Source: the human T2T-CHM13v2.0 reference genome, Homo sapiens. From it: a stretch of 64,000 nt of DNA. The stretch lies in NCBI RefSeq assembly GCF_009914755.1, contig NC_060935.1; one strand, given 5' to 3'. The notes below the pieces were generated by a model, which did no database searches, was not told the DNA's origin, and saw nothing but the letters and a program-made list of their open reading frames with translations. A program made the position numbers and the translations under genes. Of this stretch, positions 45,281 through 59,320 are shown piece after piece (the stretch's first letter is position 1; the number at the start of each line of letters is the position of its first letter).

Positions 45281-46562
45281 TGAACCTGCTTCCAGCCAGT
45301 GCCCTGTGGAGCACTGGGTCCTAGATGTGACAATCTGAGGGCCCCCATCCGGCCAGGGCCTGGCTGCCAGAGGCCAGGAGAGAAGGCAGAGGCCTCAGGC
45401 CAGGAGGCTCCACTGAGTGTGGAGAGGGGGAAAGGGGCAGGAACAATTTCAAACCACATAGCAGCTCCCTGAGAAGGATAAGGGGCCTCTGAACCAGGCC
45501 AGAAACCAACCTGAGCCAGGAGCACTGGGCCGAGAGCACATCCAGGTCAGACACAAGAAGTTCAGAGCAGGAGCGGACAGAAGCCGATGGAAATAGGCAA
45601 GCTAGGCTCAGAGAGCAGGGCGGATCAGCCTACCTATCTGGCAGTGAGAGGGACAATGTGGGCTCTCACACAAAGCGACAGACACCCATGAGGATGAGGG
45701 CAAGGCTAAGCGGGGGTGGGGGAGCAAAGAGAGAAGAGATTAAGAAGGCAGGGAAAGGGAGGGCTGGAGCGGGAGGGTGAGAGAAGACAGAGAAAGGGTG
45801 TGGGGAGGAGAGGAGAGGCGGGGATTTCTCCCTTGACAGCCACCGTGGAAATACCACAATCCCTAGATGACTCCTAGCCCACCAGGGTTAAGGTGAGGTG
45901 AGAAGATGGCAACACCCCACCCCCCTGGCCACCACAACTAAGAAATTATGTAGAGTAATTAATCAAAAGCTAATGAGAAATGTGTTTTCTCTCCCAGCCT
46001 AGCCCCACATCATATTCTTATTAGCTGAGGTTATTACAATAGTAATCATGCATGCTCCAGGTGCAAATTGGGTTTTGTGCTCCACTGCCACCAATTTAGA
46101 AAACCATTAATGGCAAGATAAAGCCCCCATGGCTCCCGCCAGGCTGAGCCGAATCAACCTCCTGCAGGTTCCTTGCTCCCAGGGCCGCACGCCCATTGTC
46201 CAGGGGGCGCTCTTCTGAGCATCCCAGGAATCAGGAGGCCTGCAGGCAGGAGACAAACACTGAGGGTGGGTGGGACAGGGGCTGGGCCTGGGGTGGAAGA
46301 TCTTAGACCTCTCTCTCTCTCTCTCTGTCTACACACACACACACACCGGTGTAGTTGCTAGGGCAGAGATAGCTCCATGAAACAAAGTATAAAGCCAGGT
46401 CTGCCTGGGAGGTCCAACCTTCCCAATTTTCTCTTGAGCCCTTCCCCCTTGTGAACCTGCCCTCTGGAAAGGGTTAACTAAATCTGTGGTTCCCAAACAC
46501 AGGTACACAACCAGGGGCTGCCCTTGATAAAGTTTCCACTAGTAAAAAGAAGGGCAATGTAG

Positions 46563-46913
<351 letters not shown>

Positions 46914-47020
46914 TAGACGTTCTTTTGTGTACTTAGAGAGCATTGTGATAGTATATAGATGTTCTTAATTCTGAAATTGTCCTTCCTATTTTGTTTGTGG
47001 TTTTATATCCATACATATAC

Positions 47021-47021
<1 letters not shown>

Positions 47022-47054
<33 letters not shown>
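47022..47054. repeat. (GT)n microsatellite, ~16 units
   Basis: Direct inspection. Confidence 0.95.
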
Positions 47055-47056
<2 letters not shown>

Positions 47057-48277
47057 GGTATATATATAACCTTACCTTATTACTCAGGACTCATTCAGCT
47101 GCAGGGAATGGATTTAAAATTATATTGTAAAATTGGAGATGTATTGGTTCACATAACTAGAAAGAACATGGGAAAAGCAGAAGTCAGATGGTGTTGTCAG
47201 GCCTCTCTCCCCTTCTCCAGCTCTCTTTGCATTGTCCTTCTTCTGTCTTACTAAATTTGAGCTTCCTCCCTGGGGCAGCGTCATGGAAAGAATGGCCCCT
47301 GGGCTAGCATGGCCAAAGGCTGCTCTGGGGTACATTGTCACTGCTTAAGATCTCAGAGAAGAGAGAGCTTTGTTCTCCCTCCACACCCATGGAAAAGTTC
47401 AGGGCAGGGCTCCGACGGTCTCACCTTGGGCCATATATACATTCTAAGGCCAATCACTGTGGGATTGGCATGTTGGCCAGATCTGAGTCATAGGATTACT
47501 CCTGAGACAAGGTAACAGCTCTGCCCTTCTGCCCCACTAGAATAGGGCAACAGTCAGTGCTCTAGAGGAGGCAGGAATATGGTCATTGAAAAACAGGGGT
47601 AAGGGATCCCGGGCAAAGACCACAGACATCCACTATACCCAGAAAATTAAAATAAGAAGAAGAAAGTCTTGGGAGCTCCTGGGTCAAACACTGAGCCACC
47701 ACGAAATGTCAGAGACTATTTTGCCCATGCAAATCTCCCAGGATTCACATAGAAGAAAGTTACATTACACTAACCAAAGCAATGAGGTGCCAATGGTAAG
47801 TTCTCAGCAAACTCACTAGTTGAGCTGAATATCAGAGGGCCTGTCTGTGACAGCAGAACATATTGGTGATTCCTCCAACCCATTCCAGATTATTCTGCAC
47901 AGAAAACCAAAGTGTCGATCTAGAAGATGTTCATAGCCATAGTGCGATGAGAGTAAGCAGAGTGGTGGAGAGCAATTTCTTTACAGAGGAAACATTCCAG
48001 GGGCCCAAAGACCTCATGGAAATCCAGTCAAGACAATATTTCCAGAATACTAAGCCCTTGGGCAAAATGACCTCCCCATGGTCCCACAGAGTCAGCATGC
48101 CTATGGCTCATCCAGTCAATAGATCAGAAGTATGCTCAGAACATCCTTCTCTTAAGGGGTGCTGGTTTGGTTGTTTCTATCATTTATTATTATTTAGTAG
48201 TTTGAACCTGTTACCTGCATAAGTCTCCCCAATTAATAAACTGCCCCCATAGGCCTGACTTTGAAGTCTGTCTCTAT

Positions 48278-48910
<633 letters not shown>

Positions 48911-48919
48911 GTCTCCACT

Positions 48920-49400
48920 TCTTACTGGCTATTTGGCTTTGAGAAAAACTAGTTGGCCTCCCTGACCCTCAATTCCTTCATCTGTAAAATGGGAATATAC
49001 CTCCATGCACCTTCATAACTGGCCCGAGAACACCCAGGAGGCCCAGAGACACTCTTACATTGTCTGGATTCACTTCACTGAGCACTTACTAAGTATCAGG
49101 CACTGTGTAAGGCAGTGTGTGTGAAGTGAGGACTTAGGTGGAGGTCTCCCTAAGAATGGTGGCGAGAAAAGACCCATGCCCAACATGCATGATGCAAAAG
49201 AGAGCGGGATACATGCATAAGCAAGGCATGAACCAAGCGCTGTGGGCATTTAGGGAAAGAAGGTATTGCTTCCAGCTAGTGGATAGGGCAGATTTGGTGG
49301 AGGAGGCTTCTTCTCTGGTCTGGAAGGACAGGTGAAATGTGGTGATGAAGAAGGTAGGGCATTCCACAGAGGCAACAGCCCACACTGAGATCTGGAGATG
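48920..49400. mobile_element. MIR (+) followed by L2 (-)
   Basis: CCTCAATTCCTTCATCTGTAAAATGGG; CACTGAGCACTTACTAAGTATCAGGCACTGTG. Confidence 0.65.
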
Positions 49401-49989
49401 AGAATACTAAGAAGGCGGGGAGAGTACCTCCCCTGAATCTGGAGAAGGAAGGCAGCAGTTGGAAGGGTCCTCTCTTCTGGGCCATCCGCTTCCTCCTCCA
49501 CTACCATATAGCTCTACCCTCTCCACTGTGTGTTCATGGGTGATGTTAGCTGGGCACAGCCAAGGGATGGCATGGAAGAGGGGTTATCTCAGGGCCTGTC
49601 CTAGAGAAGCTTGGGCCTAGGACACCCTCAACAGGACCATACATGTACCACCCCCGTTCTGCCACCTCCCTTTATCTGCCTCTCCAGCTTGGCCAAGGTT
49701 CAGTGGTGCTAATTAGCAGCAGTTAGCTCAGCTCCCCCATCCGGCCCCTCCGCCAGGGCAGGGACGTGACTGATCACTGAGGTTTCCTTTCTCTCCTGCA
49801 GGGAAGACACAGCAGGAAGCTAGAGGCAGGGGGCAAGAGGAAGGAGAAGCAGCTCCAGGAGTTAGCTGAGGTGGATAATAGAGAGGGAATGGACTTTGTT
49901 TGGACTAAACATTGTCATAGGCTTAAAGAGCTGAAGCCTTCTCTAGCTCCTGCTTGGGCAGGACTTCTGATAATAAGAACTCCTAGCAA

Positions 49990-50420
49990 GAAAGTGCTTG
50001 TAAAACCCCTCTCCTACACTGTCTCATTAGTTTAGTCCCCAAACAGCCATAGAAGACAGGCATTATCATTATATTATCATTATTATTGTTATTATTACTT
50101 AATGTCTTTCTTCCTTGGTCAATCTAAGATCCACAAGGGGCAGGGATCATGTCAACCTTGTCACGCTGTGTATCCTCAGTGCCACATACCGTGCCCAGCA
50201 TAGAGGTGACATTCAATAAATAGTTGCTGGGTGGGTGGGTGGATGGATGGAAGGATGGATAGATGGAATAATGGATGGACAGAAAGGCAGGTGGATGAAG
50301 GATAAATTATCCCATTTTACAAATTAAGAAACTAAGGACCAGAGAGAAAAAGTGACTTACCCAAGACTAATCAGACAGCGAGTGACAGAGCAGCACCCAG
50401 TCCCAGTTCACAGCCTCCCC
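49990..50420. mobile_element. MIR (-) and L2 3' end (+) with (GGAT)n tail
   Basis: CCCATTTTACAAATTAAGAAACTAAG..TGACTTACCCAAG; TCAATAAATAGTTGCTGG followed by (TGGA)n. Confidence 0.7.
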
Positions 50421-51868
50421 ATCGGGCCTGCTCGCAATACTCAAACTGTCTCTCTTCTTTGATTTCTTGAACACAATCCACCAAGAAAGGTCCACCCTTC
50501 TGAAGATCTGATTCTCATCCTTCTTCCAGCAGCTGGTCAGAAGCCAAGCTCCTGCCAACTCGGCTCCCATAAAAAGAGCAGGATCCCGAGAGCCTAGTGA
50601 CCAGGGACTAGAGACACAGAGGCCCTTTCTGATCACTGGTCTGGAAGAATCTGGCTGCCAACTGGTGAGGTAAAGGTAGACAGCGACAGCCAGAGTGCAA
50701 GTGCCCATGGAAGAGCTGGCACCGACGGCCCTGTGTGAGCAGCACAGCACTAGGAATCACACAGATGCCAGTTCAAAGCCCCAGCACTTGCCCTTCCACA
50801 AGCACCTGCCTCTGCAACGTCTTCCCTTCTTTCCTCCACCTCCATGCCCCTCACTCCCAACTTCTCCAAGCCCAGTCTCCTTATTGATAGCATGGAGTCA
50901 TGACGGCTCTCACACACATTCCTCTGAAGGTTGAATTTGAGGAGGTGATGGGTCCTTTCACACCCAAGTCTGGTGATTTTCTCACAGCAGCCTCCCTGCC
51001 CCACCTCCTGACCCCGCCCACCACCCTAAGGGATGGAAGTTCTTCGTGCCTGGTTCTGTTCCTACCTCTGCCCCCAGTGCCACATCAGAGCCCTCTCCCC
51101 TTTGGCTCTGTGTTCTGAGGCAGCAGCCTGCTTACCTTCGCAGTCCCAGGATCAGTCCTCCGTCTCCAGACAAAACCTCTCCCACAGAGGGTTCTGTCTT
51201 CCTAGGAGGCCCCCTCAGATTTCCCACATAGACCCTGGGCGGGCCATCTGGCTCCCACTGTCCCTGTTGCCCTCTCTTCCTGTCTGGTTTTTCTAAAGCC
51301 CACATGTCTTTGCCCGGACCGGGCAGGAATCCTCTACCTCAGGCCCAGGAGCCCAAAGCAGGCCTCATTGCATTGGGGTTTGGAGGCGCACCTGCACATT
51401 TTCCAGGAAAGGGATCTGTAGCTAGAGGGAACCTCCCTAGAAAGCTTGAGCTTCACTGCCTGGAGACCCCCTCCCACCTTCCACTCTGCCATGAAAGACA
51501 GCTCAGGTTTCATCCACTGTAACTCAGTGTGAATTTTGCCCTTTCAGGTGCCCTGTTAACATGATTCCTCCCACCTGGCCTGACACCTATGTGGATTTCA
51601 AGGGCATAAGGCTCTGCCACTTAAATCGCCTCAACACCCCTGTCCCTTCCCCCGACTGTGGTCCTCAGCACAGGACATGGCCTTACTGCTCCACCACGTG
51701 CTTAGTATTCAAGCCATGCGCTGCCACCATGCTTCCCACCATGTCTCCTCCAAAGCAGAGCCTTCCGCGGTGTGCCCTGCAAGGTCCTAGTGGGTATCCT
51801 TGATGAGAACTAGATTCTGTACACAGTGGATACTGCATCAATACTGTGGCCACTTAGAGGTTAGAGGG

Positions 51869-52325
51869 TGTATTAGTCAGGGTTCTCTAGAGGGACAGAC
51901 CTAATGGAATAGATATATATATAAAGGAGAGTTTGAGTATTAACATATTAACTCACATGATCACAAGGTCCCACAATAGGCCATCTGAAGGCTGAGGAGC
52001 AAGGAGAGCCAGTCCGAGTTCCAAAACTGAAGAACATGGAGTCCAGTGTTCGAGGGCAGGAAGCATCCAGCACGGCAGAAAGATGTAGGCCAGGGGGCTA
52101 AGCCAGTCTCTCTTTTCACATTTTTCTGCCTGCTTATATTCTAGTTGCACTGGCAGCTGATTAGATGCTGATTAGATGCCCACCCAGATGAAGGGTGGGT
52201 CTGCCTTTCCCAGCCCACTGACTCAAATGTTAATCTCCTTTGGCAACACAGTTACAAACACATGCAGGATCAATACTTTGTATCCTTCAAGCCAATCAAG
52301 TTGACACTCAGTATTAACCATCACA
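51869..52325 (-). mobile_element. Intact solo MLT2A (ERVL) LTR
   Basis: TGTATTAGTCAGGGTTCTCTAGAGG...GTATTAACCATCACA with TG..CA ends and a perfect 5-bp TSD GAGGG (51864-51868 and 52326-52330). Confidence 0.93.
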
Positions 52326-52849
52326 GAGGGCCTATGGTTACAGCAGATGGAAATGGGGACCCTGGTAAAAGTGGGGATGCTGTAGAATCCTGGAGTTAAC
52401 CTCTGAAAGAGATCCAAAGAGGTCATCTGATTCAAAAAAATTACTTCTTTAGTCCCTTCCATGTACCTAACACCGGAGACACAAAGATAGACAAGGCATG
52501 GTCCACTGAGATGAAATTAGTGTTATTCCTGTTGTACAGAAGAGGCAACTGAAGCCAGGTAAAGGTTAATGTCTGTCTAACTTACCAGCAGCTGGTAAGT
52601 AAAGGGGAGGAACTAGATAATACTCAAGTGCCCTGGCTTCTTTGGTTGATTCAAGGGTTCAAAATATGCCCCCAGTGTAGCTGCCAGCCTTGGGGCCAGC
52701 CTCTGTGTCCTGCTCCAGATGTGGCAGAATGACTGGGAGGGTTGCCTGCGAGTGGGCAGACTCTAGCACTATCAAGTCTCTGTTTTGCCTGAGGCACATA
52801 CAGGGCTCCTGGCAGAGGAGAGTGGGCGAGAAGCTGGGAAGCCACAGCC

Positions 52850-52915
52850 TGTGAATGCAAATGAGGCTATTGCATAATTAATTAACATCAAACAGTTTCA
52901 TTAAGAGATGGAGCT
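52850..52915. promoter_or_regulatory. Octamer plus POU4/homeodomain motif cluster (candidate enhancer)
   Basis: ATGCAAAT at 52855-52862, TGCATAATTAATTAA at 52871-52885, TCATTAA. Confidence 0.5.
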
Positions 52916-53589
52916 GTGCGGCGGTTTGTCTTGAAAAAAAATTGAAACAACAGAAATGGGACAAGAGAATGGAGGTTCCAACCACCTGGACCTAACTCAG
53001 AAGCGAACAATTCTAACCACTGAGGGTGGCGAGGGTGGCTTCAGCCCCCAAATCTTACATGTGGGCTTTCTGGAGCTCCTGTTGTCCCTCCTGGCACCTC
53101 CATCCAGGCCTCCTCCAGGAGCTGAGGTTTGGGGAAGGATGGTGGGCACTGCCAGGCGGAGCTCAGGGACCCACAGCAGCAGAGTGGGAGCTCACTGGGA
53201 ACAGAAATCCCTAGCTTTGAACAGTGGCTTTGCCCAGGGAGGGTGCAGACACCCTAGACACACTCCAAGACTCATGCGCTCAGGCTCCAAAATGGTCTCA
53301 AAGCACTGTGGGACAGAAAGAAGCCACTTGGAAAAACCAAATCAGGGCTCTATTTATCTCTAAATCTCCATTTCTCCTCCCCTTCCCACCCCAACACCCA
53401 CTCTTTCACTCTAAAATCCCCTGTCCTCTAAGAAAAAGGGCAGGGGAACAGGGATCTCCTTGCCACGCCTTCTAGGAGTTAATCCCACAAGGAAGGAGCC
53501 TCCTTGGGAACCAGGCCATAGGGAGTGGCCCCCCAGTTGCCTGGGCTAAGATCCCATGGGCAAGGGAGGTCACCTCTTAGAAGAAATCC

Positions 53590-54010
53590 TATCAACCCTT
53601 CATGACCTGGCTCCCGCTTCTCTTTCCAGCTGCCTCCTCATTCTCCCTGTGTTTCATCCCTATCAAGGCACTGCCCATTCCCCAGCAGCCACAGCCTCTC
53701 ATGCTTCCTGCCATCCCTCCTGCTGAAAGGGCCTTCCTACACTCCATCTTAGCAGCCTAGGGAGCTCCTCCTGTTTCATCAGTGCCCAGTTTAAATACCC
53801 CTCCTCTGGAAAACCTGCCCTGACTGCCCACACCCTACAAGATTAGGTATTTTTTTTCCCCTACGCTCTGCACAGTTTGTGTTGTAATTATTTGTTTACT
53901 TCACTGAGACAATGAGCTCCTTGAAGGCAGGAACCATTATCTTTCTTCAGCTTTGTATCACTAAGACCTGGGCTAGACTTTAAAAGTCTGTCTAACGAAT
54001 ACATATTTGA
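53590..54010 (+). mobile_element. L2
   Basis: CCCCTCCTCTGGAAAACCTGCCCTGAC; TGAGCTCCTTGAAGGCAGGAACC. Confidence 0.7.
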
Positions 54011-55884
54011 ACTAAAAAGATCACAGATACCTCGTCTAGATGCCTGACTCTTGACAAATGTCTAAACTGTTCAGAATGAGACATTTATTCCCTTCCTGAC
54101 TGTATCTCCAATCCCTGCGATTGAGAAGCAGTGGGGATGGGAGACGTGACCCTCAGCAGGGTGAGTTTCTAGGATCGTGAGCCCAAAGGCCCCGGGTAGT
54201 TCCTAACAGGGAGGTGCCTCGGGCTGAGCAGCTGCTGCTGCTCCATGGCAAAGGCTTGCGGTGCTGGAGAGAGCCACAGGCTCTCTTCCCCAGGTCGGGG
54301 GCCCAGGTGACCCATCCAGTTGTTGTGCAGGAATATGGAGGGGCTGAAGGGATCCCAGTACCTCTGGACTTCCACAGCAGCCGGGCCCCTTAGAGCATGC
54401 CACACAGCCAGCCACAGCCCTGCCTGCCCACCACAAGGGCCTCCCACCCAGCATCCTCTCCTCTCCTGCCCACCCTCTCCTGCTCCCCCAAACCTGCTGA
54501 CCCCTGGTGGCTTTAGCCTTCCTTGAGAGAGCCAGAAGGGAGAGCATCCATTTTAAATTAACAAGGTTATTAGCAGTTAATTACCTGAGGTATCATTGTA
54601 ATTGAAAAGAAAAAGAGAGAAGAGAAGCTCATAAACCCAACCCTTTCTTTTCACCATCCCTGGGGTGGTGCGGGTGACCCCGGCCCCCTCCCCACAATAG
54701 GGCCCTGCACACACCATTGTCCTTTCTTTCTCCATGTTCCTCCACCTGCCCCCACTTCACAGGGATATTGAGGAGAGGGAACCAGACCCAAGGAGAGCAA
54801 GCCACCCGCCCCGCAGGCACTTCAGGGATGCTGAGACACACTTGGAGTCCATAAATGCAGAGAGATTTATCTCATATTGGGGTGTGCAGGGAGGAGGCAC
54901 AAATCTGAAGCCTTTAGTCAATATTTTTAGTGATTTTTTTTTCCCCTAGATTGTCCTGTTATTCTACAAGTTAGTATGGCTGGCATCTGTCAGCATTAAT
55001 GATGTTTAGTCCCAAATTCACTGCAACCAGAGATCACAGACCATCTCCCCTCCCTCCTCCCCACTGCCACCCACCCCTGCCCTGAGGACACTGGGCTGCA
55101 GGGAGGGGAAGGGGTGCAGAGAGAACACAGAAGACCCCTCCCTCAGGCTGGCCATGTGAACTCCAGCACTTGCTGAAGAGCTCCTGAGGCAAGGATGCCA
55201 CATGCCAACAGTTCTTGGGTTCGTGTCCTGTCACTGAGACTTCACAGAAGGAGCCCCAGACTCACGGAGTCCGTGAAGTAACCCACCTATAACCCTCACA
55301 GCAGCCTCCCATTCTCCCCAAACTCTTCCCTGCCTAGGGTACACCAGAAGGAGGAGCATAACCCAAGAGAGCCAAGAATCCCCCCAAAAAAAATCTCCCC
55401 CAAAGGCAAGCAGTAGGTGCAGGTGGCCCACACCCCCTGGCCAGTGGCCTTAGCAGCACTGCTGGGTGTCTGGTGTGGAGGGCAGTGTGGGGGCTGGACG
55501 GGTGAGCCCGAGTAGGAAGGCAGCACCCCCAGCTCCTTCATGCCTCTGAGATGCCCTGACTCCTGCCATACCCAGCCACCCTCCCTGTCCTCCTTCCCCC
55601 TGCCCCCTTTTCCTTTCCTCTGTAAGGCCCTGGCTCCCTCGCTTAGGCCAAGTCCTCTCTCCTCTGCTACCTACTTTCCTGGGCAGCACTCAGCCCCTCA
55701 GTAGTCAGCATTGTCAGGAGCAGACCCCTCACCTCCCTCTCAACCTTCTGGAAGCAACAAGGACAGACAGCAAAGCTGGGGAAGGGCAGAGCGCACAGAA
55801 AGCCCACACATAATCGCATATGTGCGCCAGTGTGATTGTATGAAGCATCATGTACATAACAGAAAATGGCATTCTCATGTTAGC

Positions 55885-56035
55885 CTTTTCAATTGAGCAT
55901 TTACCATGTGACAGGTAAGTAACATTATTAGCCACATTTTATAAATGGAGAAATCAGGGTTCAGAGACCCTAAGTGATATGTCCAAGAATGAGATAGAGA
56001 AGGACATGAACCTAGGCAGTCTGTCTCCAAACTGC
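55885..56035 (-). mobile_element. MIR
   Basis: CACATTTTATAAATGGAGAAATCAGGGTTCAGAG..GAACCTAGGCAGTCTG. Confidence 0.7.
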
Positions 56036-57019
56036 CTAACCCCTCCATTAATATGCCTTCCAACAATGTCTGTCGTGGTGGGGGTGGGGGTGAGGGTGGG
56101 GAGGAGATGGTCAGGAGTCAAGGTGCGTTTCAACTTTCCCCTCCCCACTCCGTGTGGGAGGCTGCTGCTCGACACAGCACCAGAGAGAGCCCTTCCTCTT
56201 CTCCCTGACAGGCTGAGGAACAAGGGGCAGAGTCCTTGCTAGGGAGGCCAAGCCACCGGGCACCGTCTCCCCGACCAGGGCCCTCACCCAGGGCGCTGGA
56301 CCTCATCCTCCCTGTCCAGCTCCCTGCCCTTCCGTCCACACTCCCAAGGGCAAAGGGACCCCGCCGGGTCAGGGAAAGGAAAGAACCAGCCTTGCTCCCC
56401 TGTTTCCCCACCTGCAGAGTGGCTCCATCGCCCCACCTGCTGAGTCAGCGCTGTTCAGAGTCCCCTGGCACTAGCAAGGTCACCCATGCCAGGGAAGGCA
56501 GCCAGTGGGAGAGCAGCAGCGAGTGTGGGAAAGGGGCAGAAAGGCGGATGTACAACCCAGGACCTGGAGTTTGAGGTTGTGCCCAGGGCTGAGGGCAGGC
56601 CCAGGAGGGAGCCCAGAACCCTGAGGCCGGCCCTGGAACTGGGTCATCTGAGCCGGTGGGTGGGTCTGGTGAGCCACTGGATGTGGAATGTGGAAGCTGA
56701 GTAGGCATGTGAAACTGGAGGGGATGGATCTGACCCCTGCAGTCCCCAGAGAGCCAAGACGTTCCGGGAACCACAGCTTCTCTCCAAAGAAACCAGGACA
56801 GCTCAACCAGTCCTAACCCCTTTCCTTTCTTTCTCAGGAATGAATACGCCTGCAATCCAAAGGAGAAAACAAAGTAGGGAGGGAAGGAAGGAGCCTAGAG
56901 CCCGCTGCCCACCCTCCCCCGCCCCTACCCTGTGCATCTCTGGCCCTGGGATTTGCCTTCTCTGGGTCTCTGCAGGCTCCGGACAAGCAGGGATGTCAGA
57001 CCTGACAGAGCTGCCCTTC

Positions 57020-57175
57020 TGATCACTCCCTGCCACTTACTGCCTTTGGAAAAAAATTACTCCACTCTCTGGGTAACAGTTTCTGAGTCTATAAAATAGG
57101 GATACCACCCACCTTGCAGTTTATTGCACAAATAAATGCCTAAGCCACGGCTATCACTCAACAAATGTTATTCCC
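57020..57175 (+). mobile_element. MIR
   Basis: CTGCCACTTACTG...CAGTTTCTGAGTCTATAAAATAGGG. Confidence 0.6.
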
Positions 57176-58559
57176 ACTCCTTTGCCTTCCCTACCAGCCT
57201 CCCAAAGCAGGAAAGCCCAGGTGTCTTGCAGGAGGAGTAGGCAAAGAACCTCTCTTCATTCCTGGTGGGCAGGACAGCAGATTCTCCTCTAAGCACATCA
57301 GTGGCATTGGTGGAGATAACTTGAGAAGTAATGGCATCTACTGGAAATCTTGCAGGAATAGTGGAATGTTGATGCCATGTGTTGGAGCATTCTTGGGAAC
57401 ATGCTGGAACGTTCTTGGGGGAACACCAGGTGCTCCTGGGTACACAATGTGATATCACTAGAAGCCCACTGTGAGGTATGGGAGCAACCTGGCACTACTG
57501 GGAGCTCACTGGGAATTACTGGAGTGTTCCTGGGATTCTGTGGGAAGTAGCTATGAATGCCAGTAGCCTGATAGGGATTCCATCAAAGAGATATTGGGGC
57601 AATACTGATAATGCTGAGTTGCTGGAGACATATTAGAAAGTGACCAGGAGCTCTCTGGAGAGCAAAAGCACATGGACTTTCCTAGGGCACTGTGAGAACT
57701 GCAGAGGGCATAATGGAGACACTGGGGACCACTAGGGACTCCTGGTGGGGTCTTCATGGGTCCCACCAAGTGCTGCACTCTGGGCTGTTTACTCTTAATG
57801 AGGGGCACAGGTGGGTGGGGGTGCAGCCCTCCCGGGGGAGCCAGAGGCAGGCCCACACTGCCCTGGAAGAAAGAGCCACTGCCCTTCAACTGTTCGGCAA
57901 CCACAAATGTGTGCTTCCCAGGGGTGGCGGCAGCCTCAGAGGAATGGGAAGCTGGTTTAGAAAGTCGCTCTGAGGAGGGAAGCAGTTCCACCTTACTGCT
58001 AGGAGCCCTGCCTGGCATCAGTCCCCTCAAACTCAGACCCCAGGCCTTATCTCCACCCCCGAGGTGAGGGGACAGCCTGAAGTAGTGCGATTCAGGGGTC
58101 TCAGCAACAACACACCGCCCTCCGAGTAGCCTCAGAGCGTGGGCACCGGGGAGGGGTCTAGAAAGGATTTACAGCCAGTATCTGCCTGTTAGGACTCAGC
58201 AGAGAAGAGCCTTCTTCCCCATGGCACAGAATAGAGGTAGCAACAACCCAAGTCCAATGCCATAGGGTCAAATGTGGGTTCTTCCAACCTGCCCAGAGCC
58301 TGTGGGAATGAATGTAGACACAGCTGAATAACTGAGAAGTGCATCTCAGAAAGTCCGCAAGCAGGCGCCCGCTAACCAAAATGTTGAAAGGTAGAAGGTC
58401 AGGGTCAAGCTTCAGGATAGGGTCAAGCCTCCTTTCAAAAGATCTAGGTATGGTCAGAGTGAGAAATAAAACAGGCAAGGCAGATGAAGCGCCAAATTCA
58501 GCATGTTCAATATCAAATATTCAATAGCAGATATTCAATTCCCACTCTGTCCCAGGCAA

Positions 58560-59320
58560 CTAAACCCAGGGTGGTCATTCCCAGGATTCCCAAAGCAACA
58601 CCATCATCATCTCTCCTTCTTCCCTAGATCCCTCTTCTCAAAGAAGAGCATTGCTCCATGCCAGAAACCCAGGTGTCACCCAAGACGCCCCCTCGGTCAC
58701 CCTCACAGTCACTGAGATGCTGCATCCTGCCTTTTCTGACTCATGACAAAGCTCTCTCCTCTTCCCGTGACTCTTGAGCCACACCTGATGGCTGCAGTTC
58801 ATCGTCTTTCATACAGACAGCAGCAGCTGCCTCTGGGTGGGGACCCTGCCTCCAGCCTTGCCCATCTCCACACTGCTGCCAAAACGATCTTTCTAAAACA
58901 CAGTGTTAGTCCTGCCTGCCACCCCAACAAAGTCCTTTCTTACCTGCTCAGAGCCCACAAAATCGTATTGAAATTCCAGGGAACAAAAGGCCTCCAACTC
59001 TACCACTCCCCAGTGCAACCTGTCCTCCTGCCATCCCAAATCCCTTGCCAGTCTCCACACTTCTATTCTCCTCCCTCCTCCGGGCCTCTGCGCGTGCTGT
59101 TCCTTTATCTGCCTCCCAACAGGGCTCGCGTTCCTTGAGACCATCTGCAGCTTTGCATCCCCAGCACTTGACGCGTAGAAGTGAAGTCTTGATGGAATAA
59201 ATGAACTGATGAAGATGGGAAAGTGAAAGATTCCATGAGATTGTAGCATTTTCCCAGTTATAACAATGAGGAAACAGAGAGGTGATATAGCTTGTCCAAG
59301 GTAAACACAGAATCAGTACC
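58560..59320. mobile_element. Degraded L2 (+) followed by MIR (-)
   Basis: CTCCACACTGCTGCCAAAACGATCTTTCTAAAACAC; ATGAGGAAACAGAG..CTTGTCCAAGGT. Confidence 0.65.
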
